Shown here piece by piece: positions 1 through 8,068 of a DNA stretch of 64,000 nt (position 1 is its first letter; each line of letters begins with the position of its first letter). Origin of the DNA: a virus; IMG/VR virus record IMGVR_UViG_3300046820_001584, positions 1-64,000 of that record; one strand, 5' to 3'. Under the pieces are notes generated by a model. That model was not told the origin of the DNA. It ran no database searches and saw only the letters and a program-made list of their open reading frames with translations. Both the position numbers and the translations under genes were made by a program.

Positions 1-127
1 GTGGTTCTTCTGCAGGTGGTTCTTCTGCAGGTGGTTCTTCTGCAGGTGGTTCTTCTGCAGGTGGTTCTTCTGCAGGTGGTTCTTCTGCAGGTGGTTCTTC
101 TGCAGGTGGTTCTTCTGCAGGTGGTTC
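1..127. repeat. 15-bp tandem repeat GTGGTTCTTCTGCAG, at least 8 copies, encoding PPAEE on the minus strand
   Basis: Direct reading; identical units with no spacers, truncated by the window edge. Confidence 0.95.
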
Positions 128-1471
128 AGGCTGTGGCTGTGGTGTTGGTTCAGGCTGTGGCTGTGGTGTTGGTTCAGGCTGTGGCTGTGGTGTTGTTTCA
201 GGCTGTGGCTGTGGTGTTGGTTCAGGCTGTGGCTGTGGTGTTGGTTCAGGCTGTGGTAAAACATAAGATTGAATTGCTGCAACAGCAGTACTAACAAAAG
301 TAATAGCTGTATCAGCTAAAGTATTAGCAGTTGTGATCGCTGTTGTAGCCGTTGATTGGAGGGTTGTTAATGTTTGAGTCTCTGTTGTTAGTGTGGTTTG
401 AGCTGATGCAAGCGCTGTCACTGCTACTACTTTCACTTGCGTCTTATCTGTAACCACTGCTTCTGCTACAGGTACGGCAGCAACTGCTGTAACAGCAGCA
501 GCAACTAATGTTGGGTCTTGAGTGGTAGTAACTGTTGAAAATGCTGGTGCTTGTGGGAATGTGAAGTATCCAGTTCCATCGGCACGAATAATTACCCAAC
601 CTAAATTAACCGCTGCTCCTCCACCTCGTTCGTAATACCAAAGAACAAAGTCTTGTTTTTTATCTACAGATACATCAAAGTTTTTACTGTACGGGCTGTA
701 AGAAGTGCCCTGGTCTTTCCAGTTGTTTATTACTAATTCATTATCAATGTACAGCCTTGTGCCATCATCGGCATACGTGTTGTATTTAACTATAGATGCT
801 TCTTCTGGAAGAGTAATCGTTCCCTCAAATTTAACTATCACGTTATCTACTCTGCCTGAGTTAAGTACTTGACCATTGCCCCAATTATGAGAAAGTGAGG
901 CAACTGTAGTTGTTGAAAGAGGGGTTGTTTGAGCAGTAGGCAGTGGGGTAGCCGTGCTTCCGCTATACGCATAAGTTGTTGCTGTAACCCCATTAGTTGT
1001 AGTTGTAACAGTTGAAGACTCAGCAGCAGCCTGTGCTGTTGTTGCAGTTGTTTGAGCGGTAATTAAATCAGCCTGAGCGTTACTTAAGTTTGTAGTTGCT
1101 GTAGCCACTACCGCTGTTGCTGAATCAACGGTAGCAACGGCTTGCGTTACTACTGCTGTTTGAGAGTCAACAGCTGCAACTGCTGTAACCGCTATAGCTG
1201 TTGCGGACTCAGCCGCTGCAATTGCTGTTTGCGCTGCTGTTACTTCTGTAGCTGCTTCGGAAACTGCTTCTGGAGGGGCAATAGAGATTGCAGTAGATAA
1301 AGTTGCGGTTGCAGTTTCTATTTTTTCTTCAACAGTAATAATGGTTGGACTAACTATAACCTGTTCAGATGGCGCTGGTGGTTCATTAGCATTGGCAAAG
1401 TTAGGGCTAAAAAGGAAAAGCCAGCCGATTATAAAAAGGCTGGTTAAAAAGTACTTAATCTTTCTAGTCAA
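1..1471 (-). CDS. Secreted/surface PA14-domain protein with Ala/Thr-rich stalk and Pro-rich repeats (C-terminus runs off the window)
   Basis: Not in the ORF track. Manual translation from TTG at 1471, preceded by AGGAG: MTRKIKYFLTSLFIIGWLFLFSPNFANA-NEPP (signal peptide), then PA14 motifs NWGNGQVLNSGRVDNVIVKFEGTI...YADDGTRLYIDNELVINNWKDQG...WYYERGGGA, then TPQPQPEP and PPAEE repeats. Confidence 0.8.
   Translation of the reverse strand, partial: MTRKIKYFLTSLFIIGWLFLFSPNFANANEPPAPSEQVIVSPTIITVEEKIETATATLSTAISIAPPEAVSEAATEVTAAQTAIAAAESATAIAVTAVAAVDSQTAVVTQAVATVDSATAVVATATTNLSNAQADLITAQTTATTAQAAAESSTVTTTTNGVTATTYAYSGSTATPLPTAQTTPLSTTTVASLSHNWGNGQVLNSGRVDNVIVKFEGTITLPEEASIVKYNTYADDGTRLYIDNELVINNWKDQGTSYSPYSKNFDVSVDKKQDFVLWYYERGGGAAVNLGWVIIRADGTGYFTFPQAPAFSTVTTTQDPTLVAAAVTAVAAVPVAEAVVTDKTQVKVVAVTALASAQTTLTTETQTLTTLQSTATTAITTANTLADTAITFVSTAVAAIQSYVLPQPEPTPQPQPEPTPQPQPETTPQPQPEPTPQPQPEPTPQPQPEPPAEEPPAEEPPAEEPPAEEPPAEEPPAEEPPAEEPPAEEP
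122..257. repeat. 24-bp tandem repeat (TGGTTCAGGCTGTGGCTGTGGTGT), about 5.5 copies, encoding TPQPQPEP on the minus strand
   Basis: Direct reading; one copy carries a single substitution. Confidence 0.9.
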
Positions 1472-1557
1472 CTAAGGATCTCCTAAGTAATGCAATATTT
1501 TTGCTTACTTAGTAATTATAGCAGAATGTTAGTTTTAATAACTACATTATGTAAAAA

Positions 1558-2205
1558 TTAATAACCAATCTCTATTACTTTGCCGTTATAACTTTTATTA
1601 GCATTAGCTATGATTTTAGCTATTTGATCTTTAGTTGCTAACTCATTTATGTCTCCAACATAAGTCTGTTGATGAAAAGCAAAAGAATCGTATATAAGAC
1701 CTGGAGATATAGAAAAAGCAGATTGGTTTGGCTTTAAGCTAAGAGATAAAGACTTTACAAACGCCTGTACTCCAGCCTTTACTGCAGAATAGTGTGCATC
1801 ATGGATAGGCACATTGGCTGCAATAGAAGATATAAAAACAATTTGTCCGTCATCATCTAAAGATTTGGCTGCTTCCATTATTAAAAGATTATATCTAAAA
1901 ACAAATGCGCTATAAAAATTTTCTAGACGCTCATAAGAATATTCTTCGCTAGATGGCCCTAGTGAATTGCCTGGTAAAAAAATTACCTTTGAGTATTTAT
2001 TTGCCTTCATTATTTTTATTAAATTGTTGACTGTGTCTAGATTTTCTAGGTCAAGATAGACCCAAGAATAGGATCCATAAACTTTATGTTTTTGTCTAAA
2101 GGTCATTAGATCTATTTTGTATTGATTAGACTCTAGCTGTTTTACTATTTCCCCTGCTATGCATGAGGTCCCGCCAACAATTAATACCTTTTTTTCATTT
2201 GACAT
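1558..2205 (-). CDS. Short-chain dehydrogenase/reductase (SDR)
   Basis: N-terminal VLIVGGTSCIA Rossmann motif, ISS, catalytic YSAVK (YxxxK), ISPG. Confidence 0.85.
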   Translation of the reverse strand: MSNEKKVLIVGGTSCIAGEIVKQLESNQYKIDLMTFRQKHKVYGSYSWVYLDLENLDTVNNLIKIMKANKYSKVIFLPGNSLGPSSEEYSYERLENFYSAFVFRYNLLIMEAAKSLDDDGQIVFISSIAANVPIHDAHYSAVKAGVQAFVKSLSLSLKPNQSAFSISPGLIYDSFAFHQQTYVGDINELATKDQIAKIIANANKSYNGKVIEIGY

Positions 2206-2235
2206 ACCTACATTATACCATGATACAATAGATAT
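2206..2235. promoter_or_regulatory. Back-to-back divergent extended -10 promoters, both leaderless
   Basis: Minus strand TGG-TATAAT (2220-2212), 6 nt, ATG 2205; plus strand TGA-TACAAT (2221-2229), 6 nt, ATG 2236; no SD on either side. Confidence 0.75.
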
Positions 2236-2823
2236 ATGGAAAAAGTATACCTAGACGAAAATATATTTTATATAAATGACTTTTTATCGGAGCCATCTTT
2301 TAATTCATTTCTAGAAATGTGCGCTGAGTATGATAGTGAATTTATATATAAAGAAGACTTTTTTTTAAATCGTGGGTCTTTTAATATGTACGAACTCGAA
2401 ATGAAAGAATCCCACAAAATTGCATGGGAAGAGCTTACAGAAAAGCTAGAGAGTCTTTTCAACAACGACATACACAGCGTTGGCAAAAGAATGTCTCTCA
2501 CTAAATTTAAAAAATACGATCCAATTGAAAACAATAAAGATTTGTCCTTTGGAAGACATTCAGATGACTATGGGTTTATTAATGAGTCTAGCGGCGTAGA
2601 GTCTAACATAACTGCCATCTTTTTAGGATTAAACTACTACATTAACGATGACTATGAGGGTGGGGAAATATGTTATCCTCAAAAGAATATAAGAATAAAA
2701 CCTAAGCGTAATTCTATCTTATGTCATCCTGGCTCAAAAGAATACGAGCATGAGGTGACACAGATTTTTAACGCTGACAAATACACCTTCCCCTGTTTTG
2801 CAATAAATAATAATCTATTTTGA
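2236..2823 (+). CDS. 2OG-Fe(II) oxygenase, prolyl-4-hydroxylase-like
   Basis: HSD...YINDDYEGGEI...HEV...KYT motifs. Confidence 0.85.
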   Translation: MEKVYLDENIFYINDFLSEPSFNSFLEMCAEYDSEFIYKEDFFLNRGSFNMYELEMKESHKIAWEELTEKLESLFNNDIHSVGKRMSLTKFKKYDPIENNKDLSFGRHSDDYGFINESSGVESNITAIFLGLNYYINDDYEGGEICYPQKNIRIKPKRNSILCHPGSKEYEHEVTQIFNADKYTFPCFAINNNLF

Positions 2824-3462
2824 GTTAGGGTGACTTATTATATCAAATATGCATGTTGACCTTATGGATGAGTTATCTAAAGCATGTATTGTTCCATATG
2901 GCAAGAATAGCATATCGTTTTTTTCTAAAATATATTCTTTAAAGTCTCTACCGACTGTGTCTATCTCAGACTCAAATGGGTCTGTATCCCTTGGCTCATA
3001 AATAAAATACTTTGAGTCACCTATTGCTTGCGTTAAAAGTACATGATGTCTGTCTTTGTGTGGTATAACTTTAGGACTGTTTTCAGCTAAATTGATTGAA
3101 AATTTTACATGAACAGAATAATAGATATCGGCATAAAGTCCTGCATCCTCTAAATCCCTTTTTATTCTTTTAACTTGATCATATTTTTTAGAATCTAGTT
3201 TGTTTTCTGCGTGTAGTAAATCTTGTGTATGAAAGGATACTGGTTGTTTTGAAGGAGTGCTTAGTCTAGAAAGCTTTTTATGCTTACTATTAAACACTTG
3301 AAGACCTTTATTGGATTCTGCAATCTCTTCACCATAAACAGTGTTATATGAAATACTAATTACATTGACCATATCTTCCCAATTAAAATCATAGTCCATA
3401 TATGACTTTATAAATAGTGGAGTTTTTGTGGCTATTGAATCTTTAATATTATCTATTAACAC
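2815..3462 (-). CDS. JmjC/cupin-type 2OG oxygenase
   Basis: PHKD...VLLTQAIG...DMLFLPYGTIH; probable GTG start at 3462 just after the upstream stop (track start 3516). Confidence 0.7.
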   Translation of the reverse strand: MLIDNIKDSIATKTPLFIKSYMDYDFNWEDMVNVISISYNTVYGEEIAESNKGLQVFNSKHKKLSRLSTPSKQPVSFHTQDLLHAENKLDSKKYDQVKRIKRDLEDAGLYADIYYSVHVKFSINLAENSPKVIPHKDRHHVLLTQAIGDSKYFIYEPRDTDPFESEIDTVGRDFKEYILEKNDMLFLPYGTIHALDNSSIRSTCIFDIISHPNSK

Positions 3463-3463
3463 C

Positions 3464-3652
3464 TTAGCTCCTGTTATCCGTTTTATAAAAACCATTGCCT
3501 TTAAACTGTATACCAAATGGACTAAAGTGTCTTACCATTTGTGCTTCACATTCTTCACACTGGTACCCTGGATCATCTTCAGAGATGGAACGTGTAACAG
3601 CGAGTAATGCGTGTGATTCGTCTAATTTACACTTGTACTCATATACTGGCAT
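3464..3652 (-). CDS. FmdB-family zinc-ribbon protein
   Basis: MPVYEYKC...CEEC...FKGNGFYKTD signature. Confidence 0.85.
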   Translation of the reverse strand: MPVYEYKCKLDESHALLAVTRSISEDDPGYQCEECEAQMVRHFSPFGIQFKGNGFYKTDNRS

Positions 3653-3855
3653 TATTTTCTACCCCATTGAATATAGTTCCATCCACGCTCATGTGCATAG
3701 TATAGAATAAAGTTAATTGTATTTGTCAATACCGTGACTTTTAGCGCAGCAATCTCTTCACCAGTGATCCAAAAAGCAGACACAAAAGTAGTTATTAGTG
3801 CAACTACTCTCCATGTCAATGACTTAATTAGTGATCTTGATTTAGAAACTATCAC
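3652..3855 (-). CDS. DUF2061-like small membrane protein
   Basis: RSLIKSLTWR...YYAHERGW..I.WG signature; likely GTG start at 3855 with GTGA overlap (track start 3927). Confidence 0.75.
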   Translation of the reverse strand: MIVSKSRSLIKSLTWRVVALITTFVSAFWITGEEIAALKVTVLTNTINFILYYAHERGWNYIQWGRK

Positions 3856-4136
3856 GAAAGGATCTCTGGTCCTGGCCCAGTTTGAATTGATGCCCTTGTT
3901 CCGTGCCAATAAATTCTTCCATCGCAAGCCATATTCATTTTCTGATCATCGTCTACAACGCTTGACTCACCATATGTATACCCATGGATTTCAATGTGGC
4001 TGGCAAACATTTCTTCTCCATCAACTATAATTCTCCACTTTAGTGGACCACCATTATTTTTGGTATTATATCTAATCTGAAAATGTTGGTTTGGTTTAAA
4101 GAACCAAGACTTAAATTTATCCAGCATATCTGTCAT
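3852..4136 (-). CDS. Hypothetical protein
   Basis: ORF overlaps both neighbours in the operon. Confidence 0.6.
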   Translation of the reverse strand: MTDMLDKFKSWFFKPNQHFQIRYNTKNNGGPLKWRIIVDGEEMFASHIEIHGYTYGESSVVDDDQKMNMACDGRIYWHGTRASIQTGPGPEILS

Positions 4137-4308
4137 CCGTTCTTTTAAGTGTTTTTCTTATTATAGAAGACGCTGTTGTTTTAAATGCAAATGGCAAAAA
4201 TGCATGAACTAAACATGCAATAGCAGCCTTTAGCAAAGAAAACACTATAAGCATGGCCTCATACAGGTGAGTAAAGTAATTTTCTTTCATGCTTTTGAGA
4301 TGGCTCAT
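4117..4308 (-). CDS. Small membrane protein, DUF6356-like
   Basis: HL....ENYFTHL..A...LVHAFLPFAF..TAS pattern. Confidence 0.6.
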   Translation of the reverse strand: MSHLKSMKENYFTHLYEAMLIVFSLLKAAIACLVHAFLPFAFKTTASSIIRKTLKRTDDRYAG

Positions 4309-5066
4309 ATACCCATCTCCTTACGCTTTTGCGTAGCAGAAATAGCATGAATGTCTGCCCCCAAGTCTACTTGTTCAATCTTATATCCAACATCTCTGCC
4401 ATATACAATGTTGGTAATGTTAGGTAGTCTTAGTACTAATGCACCGTCCATAAATTCATCTTTAGCAATATATTCTTTAACCTGATCAAACGTCAATGGA
4501 TCCTTCTCGCTAGTCTTATAAGTGTTTCTGACTCCAAGAAGCACCTGCTTTGTTCTACTCCCCGCCTTTTGATAAAGAGCATGGTGTCCTTCATGCCATG
4601 GTTGGTATCGACCAAGCATTAATGTAGTAGGTGCTGACCAATCATGCAGATTAAAGTATTGAATAATTACTGTAGCTTTTTGGTCTTGATCTAGCTTATG
4701 ATCTTCAAATGTTGCATCAAATTCTGTAGGACGCTCAAACATTTTGTTTGTGTCTTCAAATCGGCTCTCTTCAATTGTATCCATAAAAATTAAAATGTCT
4801 GGCTTACCAAATGCTGCACGTGTAAGTTCGGTTGGGCACACAAAGTCAACAATGACTGGCGCTACACCTTGCTTAGAAATTAGACGTGCCATCTCGCCCA
4901 TTCGTCTTGATTGCTCTAGTCTGTCATCTGGAGTAAATCCTAAATCAGAGTTTACCGTAGCTCTTACTTCATCAGCATTAAGATGTATTGCATTAATACG
5001 CTCTTTTAATGCTTTTGCTAGTTCTGTCTTTCCTGAGCCTGGTAGCCCAATAATCTGAATAATCAT
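4305..5066 (-). CDS. Adenylylsulfate-kinase-like P-loop kinase fused to a HIGH-family nucleotidyltransferase
   Basis: GLPGSGKT, LNADEVR, DLGFT..DR (CysC-like); C-terminal MLGRYQPWHEGH and ISAT; AAGGAG SD. Confidence 0.8.
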   Translation of the reverse strand: MIIQIIGLPGSGKTELAKALKERINAIHLNADEVRATVNSDLGFTPDDRLEQSRRMGEMARLISKQGVAPVIVDFVCPTELTRAAFGKPDILIFMDTIEESRFEDTNKMFERPTEFDATFEDHKLDQDQKATVIIQYFNLHDWSAPTTLMLGRYQPWHEGHHALYQKAGSRTKQVLLGVRNTYKTSEKDPLTFDQVKEYIAKDEFMDGALVLRLPNITNIVYGRDVGYKIEQVDLGADIHAISATQKRKEMGI

Positions 5067-5082
5067 AATACTCCTTAGTTAG

Positions 5083-5154
5083 TGAGCCTTTTAAACACAT
5101 GCCCAGGTGCAAACTGTACGCTTCCTACATATCCCGATGTCCACCGACGTACAG
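5083..5154 (-). other. Putative structured RNA (hairpin plus H-type pseudoknot) in the 5' leader
   Basis: CTGTACG/CGTACAG stem (5114-5120 with 5148-5154); GCAC/GUGU and UGGGC/GCUCA pseudoknot pairings at 5083-5110. Confidence 0.4.
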
Positions 5155-5162
5155 AATGTTAT

Positions 5163-5570
5163 TTATTTTTTAGACTTTGATCTTGCTTTAGCAAGTGCTT
5201 CAAAATCCTTTACTTTTGTATCGCCAAGGTATCCCCAAGCATATCCGTCATCAATCATCTTCTGATTTAACGAAACGGGTGAGTTGTCTAAAAATACCCA
5301 CCCTAAAATTCTTCCATACTTTTCAGAACTATCCATTTTTTCAGTTTTGATTACAACTGTTTTTGCAGAATCAATCTGAGTTTTTACGTAAGCTTTTGCC
5401 TCAAGGCCAAGAGCCTTTTCTGCTTTGTCTGTTGTTCTACTTTCTGGAGTGTCTATTCCAGAAAGTCTTACTCTAGAACTAAAACATATATCAAAGCCTA
5501 GGTCAATGTCAACATCTATGGTGTCTCCATCAACTACTTTAGTTACTTTTTTAACATAGTATTCAAACAT
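5163..5570 (-). CDS. Thermonuclease (SNase-like) family nuclease
   Basis: VVDGDT, RVRLSGIDTPE, KYGRILG motifs. Confidence 0.9.
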   Translation of the reverse strand: MFEYYVKKVTKVVDGDTIDVDIDLGFDICFSSRVRLSGIDTPESRTTDKAEKALGLEAKAYVKTQIDSAKTVVIKTEKMDSSEKYGRILGWVFLDNSPVSLNQKMIDDGYAWGYLGDTKVKDFEALAKARSKSKK

Positions 5571-6613
5571 TATATCCTACTTCCTGATTCTTTTAGAGAT
5601 TGTGGCGAGACCTCTATGTATTGCAAATTATTTTGAAGCTCTTTAATATTCTCTGCGCCAGAATAAGTAAATGCACTTTTGGTATTGTTTAATATATTCC
5701 ATAGTCCTTCAAAAGCTGGCCCTCTGGATTCAATCTTTCCAGCAACGCCTTCAAAATTAAATATAGGATTTTTTACATCAGATATTCCTTCTTCTCTAGC
5801 AGCAAACTCTCTTGACCCCAAACCTATTAATGAATACTCACCGTTTTCTGATGTGCATTCATCATGTCCAGCTAACATATAGCCAAGCATTACGGCGCTT
5901 GCTCCAGCTCCTAAAGCCTTTACTATGTCCCCAGATGTTTTAATGCCACCATCTGCAATGATGCCATTGACCTCGTCATCTTTTACCATTTCATAGATGT
6001 TCATTATAGAAGAAAGAGTTGGTGCACCAAAGCCAGTCATTATTCGGGTAGTGCATGCTGCACCTCCTCCAATTCCAACTCTCACTGAGTCACATCCAGC
6101 ATCCATAAGCATTTTGTATGCGCCATAGGAAGATACGTTTCCGCACATAATATGTGTTGATCTAGGAACAATTTTTCTTAAATGAGATATTGCATCAGCA
6201 ACTAATTTTAGGTGGCCATTAGCAACATCCAGTAATATTATCTTGATATTACTTTTTATGATTTTATTAATAGCCTCTTCATTATAAACATCTTTTACTT
6301 TTATTGTAACAGCAACTCTTTTTGGATTAACCTCTAAAGACTTTTTAATTTTTAAATCTAGTAAGTCAGTTCTAACCGTTGTTCCTATACACCCAGAAGT
6401 TACTAAAATGGAAAGCATTTCTCTTGAAGAAATTGACTCCATTGGAGCAGAAATTATTGGAGACTCAAATTCTATAATTGCTTCTGGGTTATTAGGATTA
6501 CCTATTTTGGTTGTTAGATCTATATGAGATCTACTCAACAACGGAGAAGAGTCATTGGGCAACAGCAAGATATCGTCAAAGCATAGCCCATTGACAGAAG
6601 TATTCTTTTTAAT
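5570..6613 (-). CDS. IMPDH/GMP reductase family protein without CBS domains; probable non-canonical start
   Basis: SAPM, DVANGH, GNV, GIGGGAACTTR (catalytic Cys), ADGGI, AVMLG, EG; the family motif GLCFDDILLLP begins upstream of the track start (6568). Confidence 0.8.
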   Translation of the reverse strand: MKKNTSVNGLCFDDILLLPNDSSPLLSRSHIDLTTKIGNPNNPEAIIEFESPIISAPMESISSREMLSILVTSGCIGTTVRTDLLDLKIKKSLEVNPKRVAVTIKVKDVYNEEAINKIIKSNIKIILLDVANGHLKLVADAISHLRKIVPRSTHIMCGNVSSYGAYKMLMDAGCDSVRVGIGGGAACTTRIMTGFGAPTLSSIMNIYEMVKDDEVNGIIADGGIKTSGDIVKALGAGASAVMLGYMLAGHDECTSENGEYSLIGLGSREFAAREEGISDVKNPIFNFEGVAGKIESRGPAFEGLWNILNNTKSAFTYSGAENIKELQNNLQYIEVSPQSLKESGSRI

Positions 6614-6617
6614 TTTA

Positions 6618-7211
6618 TTACTTCTTTTTTACTGTTGTTGGCTTTGCTGCGGCCTTCTTGACCACTGGCTTTTCTACCTTTGGCTTAACTGCTTGTCCAA
6701 ATTTTGGTCGTCCAAATCCTACAATGCCTACAATCTGGCTTTTACGAAGCTTTGATCCATTCTTCTTCTTGTATGCACGATTCTTAAGACAGCATTCTCC
6801 GCCATTTCTCTGATCGCCTTTCTTATCTGAAGATGTATTTCCTTCTACAACATCTACTGTGCCATCTGTATTAACACCAACAACAATTCCTACGTGAGAA
6901 ATTCTGTCTACTCCGTCTGATGGGAAATCAAAATAAGCAATATCTCCGACTTCTGGTGTTGCTACTTCCGCCATCTGCCATGTTCCTGCCTTAATAAATG
7001 CTTGTGCTCCTGCTGGTGTATATACTGTATTAGGAACTTTTACTCCTGCTTGATCTGCACACCACATAACAAATGATCCGCACCATGGTTGAAAGTTTGA
7101 CTTTGTAAACTTACCATACTTTGTTTCATTATCTTTCGGTCCTTCAATAGTTCCAACTTCTGCTAGCGCTACCTCTACTAGTCTTGCTGCTGATCCCTGT
7201 ACTGCTGCCAT
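6618..7211 (-). CDS. CHAP-domain peptidoglycan hydrolase (endolysin candidate)
   Basis: PWCGSFV...GDIAYFD...SHVGIV...EGNT; Lys-rich tail; AAGGAG SD. Confidence 0.85.
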   Translation of the reverse strand: MAAVQGSAARLVEVALAEVGTIEGPKDNETKYGKFTKSNFQPWCGSFVMWCADQAGVKVPNTVYTPAGAQAFIKAGTWQMAEVATPEVGDIAYFDFPSDGVDRISHVGIVVGVNTDGTVDVVEGNTSSDKKGDQRNGGECCLKNRAYKKKNGSKLRKSQIVGIVGFGRPKFGQAVKPKVEKPVVKKAAAKPTTVKKK

Positions 7212-7277
7212 TTTATTCTCCTTTTGGTATATCTATTTCTATCATTATAGCATTTATGGTATTAAAAAAACATGCTG

Positions 7278-7350
7278 TGCCGTCGGCAGGAATCGAACCT
7301 GCGACCTACTGCTTAGAAGGCAGTTGCTCTATCCCCTGAGCTACGAAGGC
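7278..7350 (-). tRNA. tRNA-Arg(UCU)
   Basis: GCCTTCGTAGCTCAGGGGATAGAGCAACTGCC-TTCTAA-GCAGTAGGTCGCAGGTTCGATTCCTGCCGACGGCA; cloverleaf with one U4-C69 mismatch; CCA not encoded. Confidence 0.9.
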
Positions 7351-7355
7351 TTTAT

Positions 7356-7955
7356 TTAAATAGCTGGTATTTTAAGCTCGGTAGAAAGAAAGTTAGAATA
7401 TGAATATCTGTATCCACGCAAAATTTTATTTACTCCGTGGATACAGTTTTCTTCTGCGCTGTGTATAACCATGTCACCTGGGTTTGGAGAATATGTTATA
7501 CCTTGGTTAGAATAGTAAAGCTCTCCTCCTTCTTCAACGCTGTTAAAATAGACAACTAATCCATATTTTGTATCCTGTACTATTTGGTAAGGCTCTCCAT
7601 CTTTTAATAATAAACTTAGTTTTCTTTTTTCAATAAAATCATGATTATCTGAATGCTGTCCCCAGCTATCTCCCTCACGCATAACATTTATAGATGTATT
7701 TGGGTGCAGAGAAAATGAAGACCCAATCAGAGACTTGGCTTTATCTAAAACGTTTTGCAGATCATCAAGTGGCACTGACACTCTATTCTCAAAAGGTGTG
7801 CCGACTAGGTCTGGCTGAAATAACGAGTTGTCTTTTACTTTATTAAAAACTTGAACTAAACTATTAATTTCTTCTTCTTTTAAAAAGTTTTTGTATACAT
7901 ATATGTCAGAGCCTATTTTATCAAAACCCTTTTCTATAAAATATTGATCATTCAT
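7356..7955 (-). CDS. 2OG-Fe(II) oxygenase, prolyl-4-hydroxylase-like
   Basis: HSD...YFN..EEGGELYY...HGV...RYS; GGAGG SD. Confidence 0.85.
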   Translation of the reverse strand: MNDQYFIEKGFDKIGSDIYVYKNFLKEEEINSLVQVFNKVKDNSLFQPDLVGTPFENRVSVPLDDLQNVLDKAKSLIGSSFSLHPNTSINVMREGDSWGQHSDNHDFIEKRKLSLLLKDGEPYQIVQDTKYGLVVYFNSVEEGGELYYSNQGITYSPNPGDMVIHSAEENCIHGVNKILRGYRYSYSNFLSTELKIPAI

Positions 7956-7974
7956 TTTTGCCTCCTATTGTCCG

Positions 7975-8048
7975 TGTGCCAAGTAGGACTTGAACCTACG
8001 ATTACCGAATTATGAGTTCGGGGCTTTAACCAACTAAGCTATTGGCAC
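7975..8048 (-). tRNA. tRNA with CAU anticodon, probably Ile2 (lysidine type) rather than Met
   Basis: GTGCCAA/TTGGCAC acceptor stem, CCGAA-CTCATAA-TTCGG anticodon arm, GTTCAAGTC T-loop; paired 1-72 and no GGG/CCC anticodon stem, so not an initiator; Ile2 versus elongator Met is inference. Confidence 0.85.
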
Positions 8049-8068
8049 CTTAGCTTAATTGTACTATA

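Noticed and set aside
1-257. Possible CRISPR array
   Set aside because: Head-to-tail repeats with no unique spacers; unit lengths are multiples of 3 and coding
1-294. Plus-strand ORF with VVLLQ/VQAVAV repeats
   Set aside because: Antisense shadow of the PPAEE/TPQPQPEP repeats in the minus-strand PA14 gene, which has an SD, signal peptide and recognisable domain
6621-6633. A-AAA-AAG slippery site at the endolysin end fusing it to the IMPDH-like gene
   Set aside because: A -1 shift enters a short unrelated frame; the IMPDH frame is +1 relative to the endolysin
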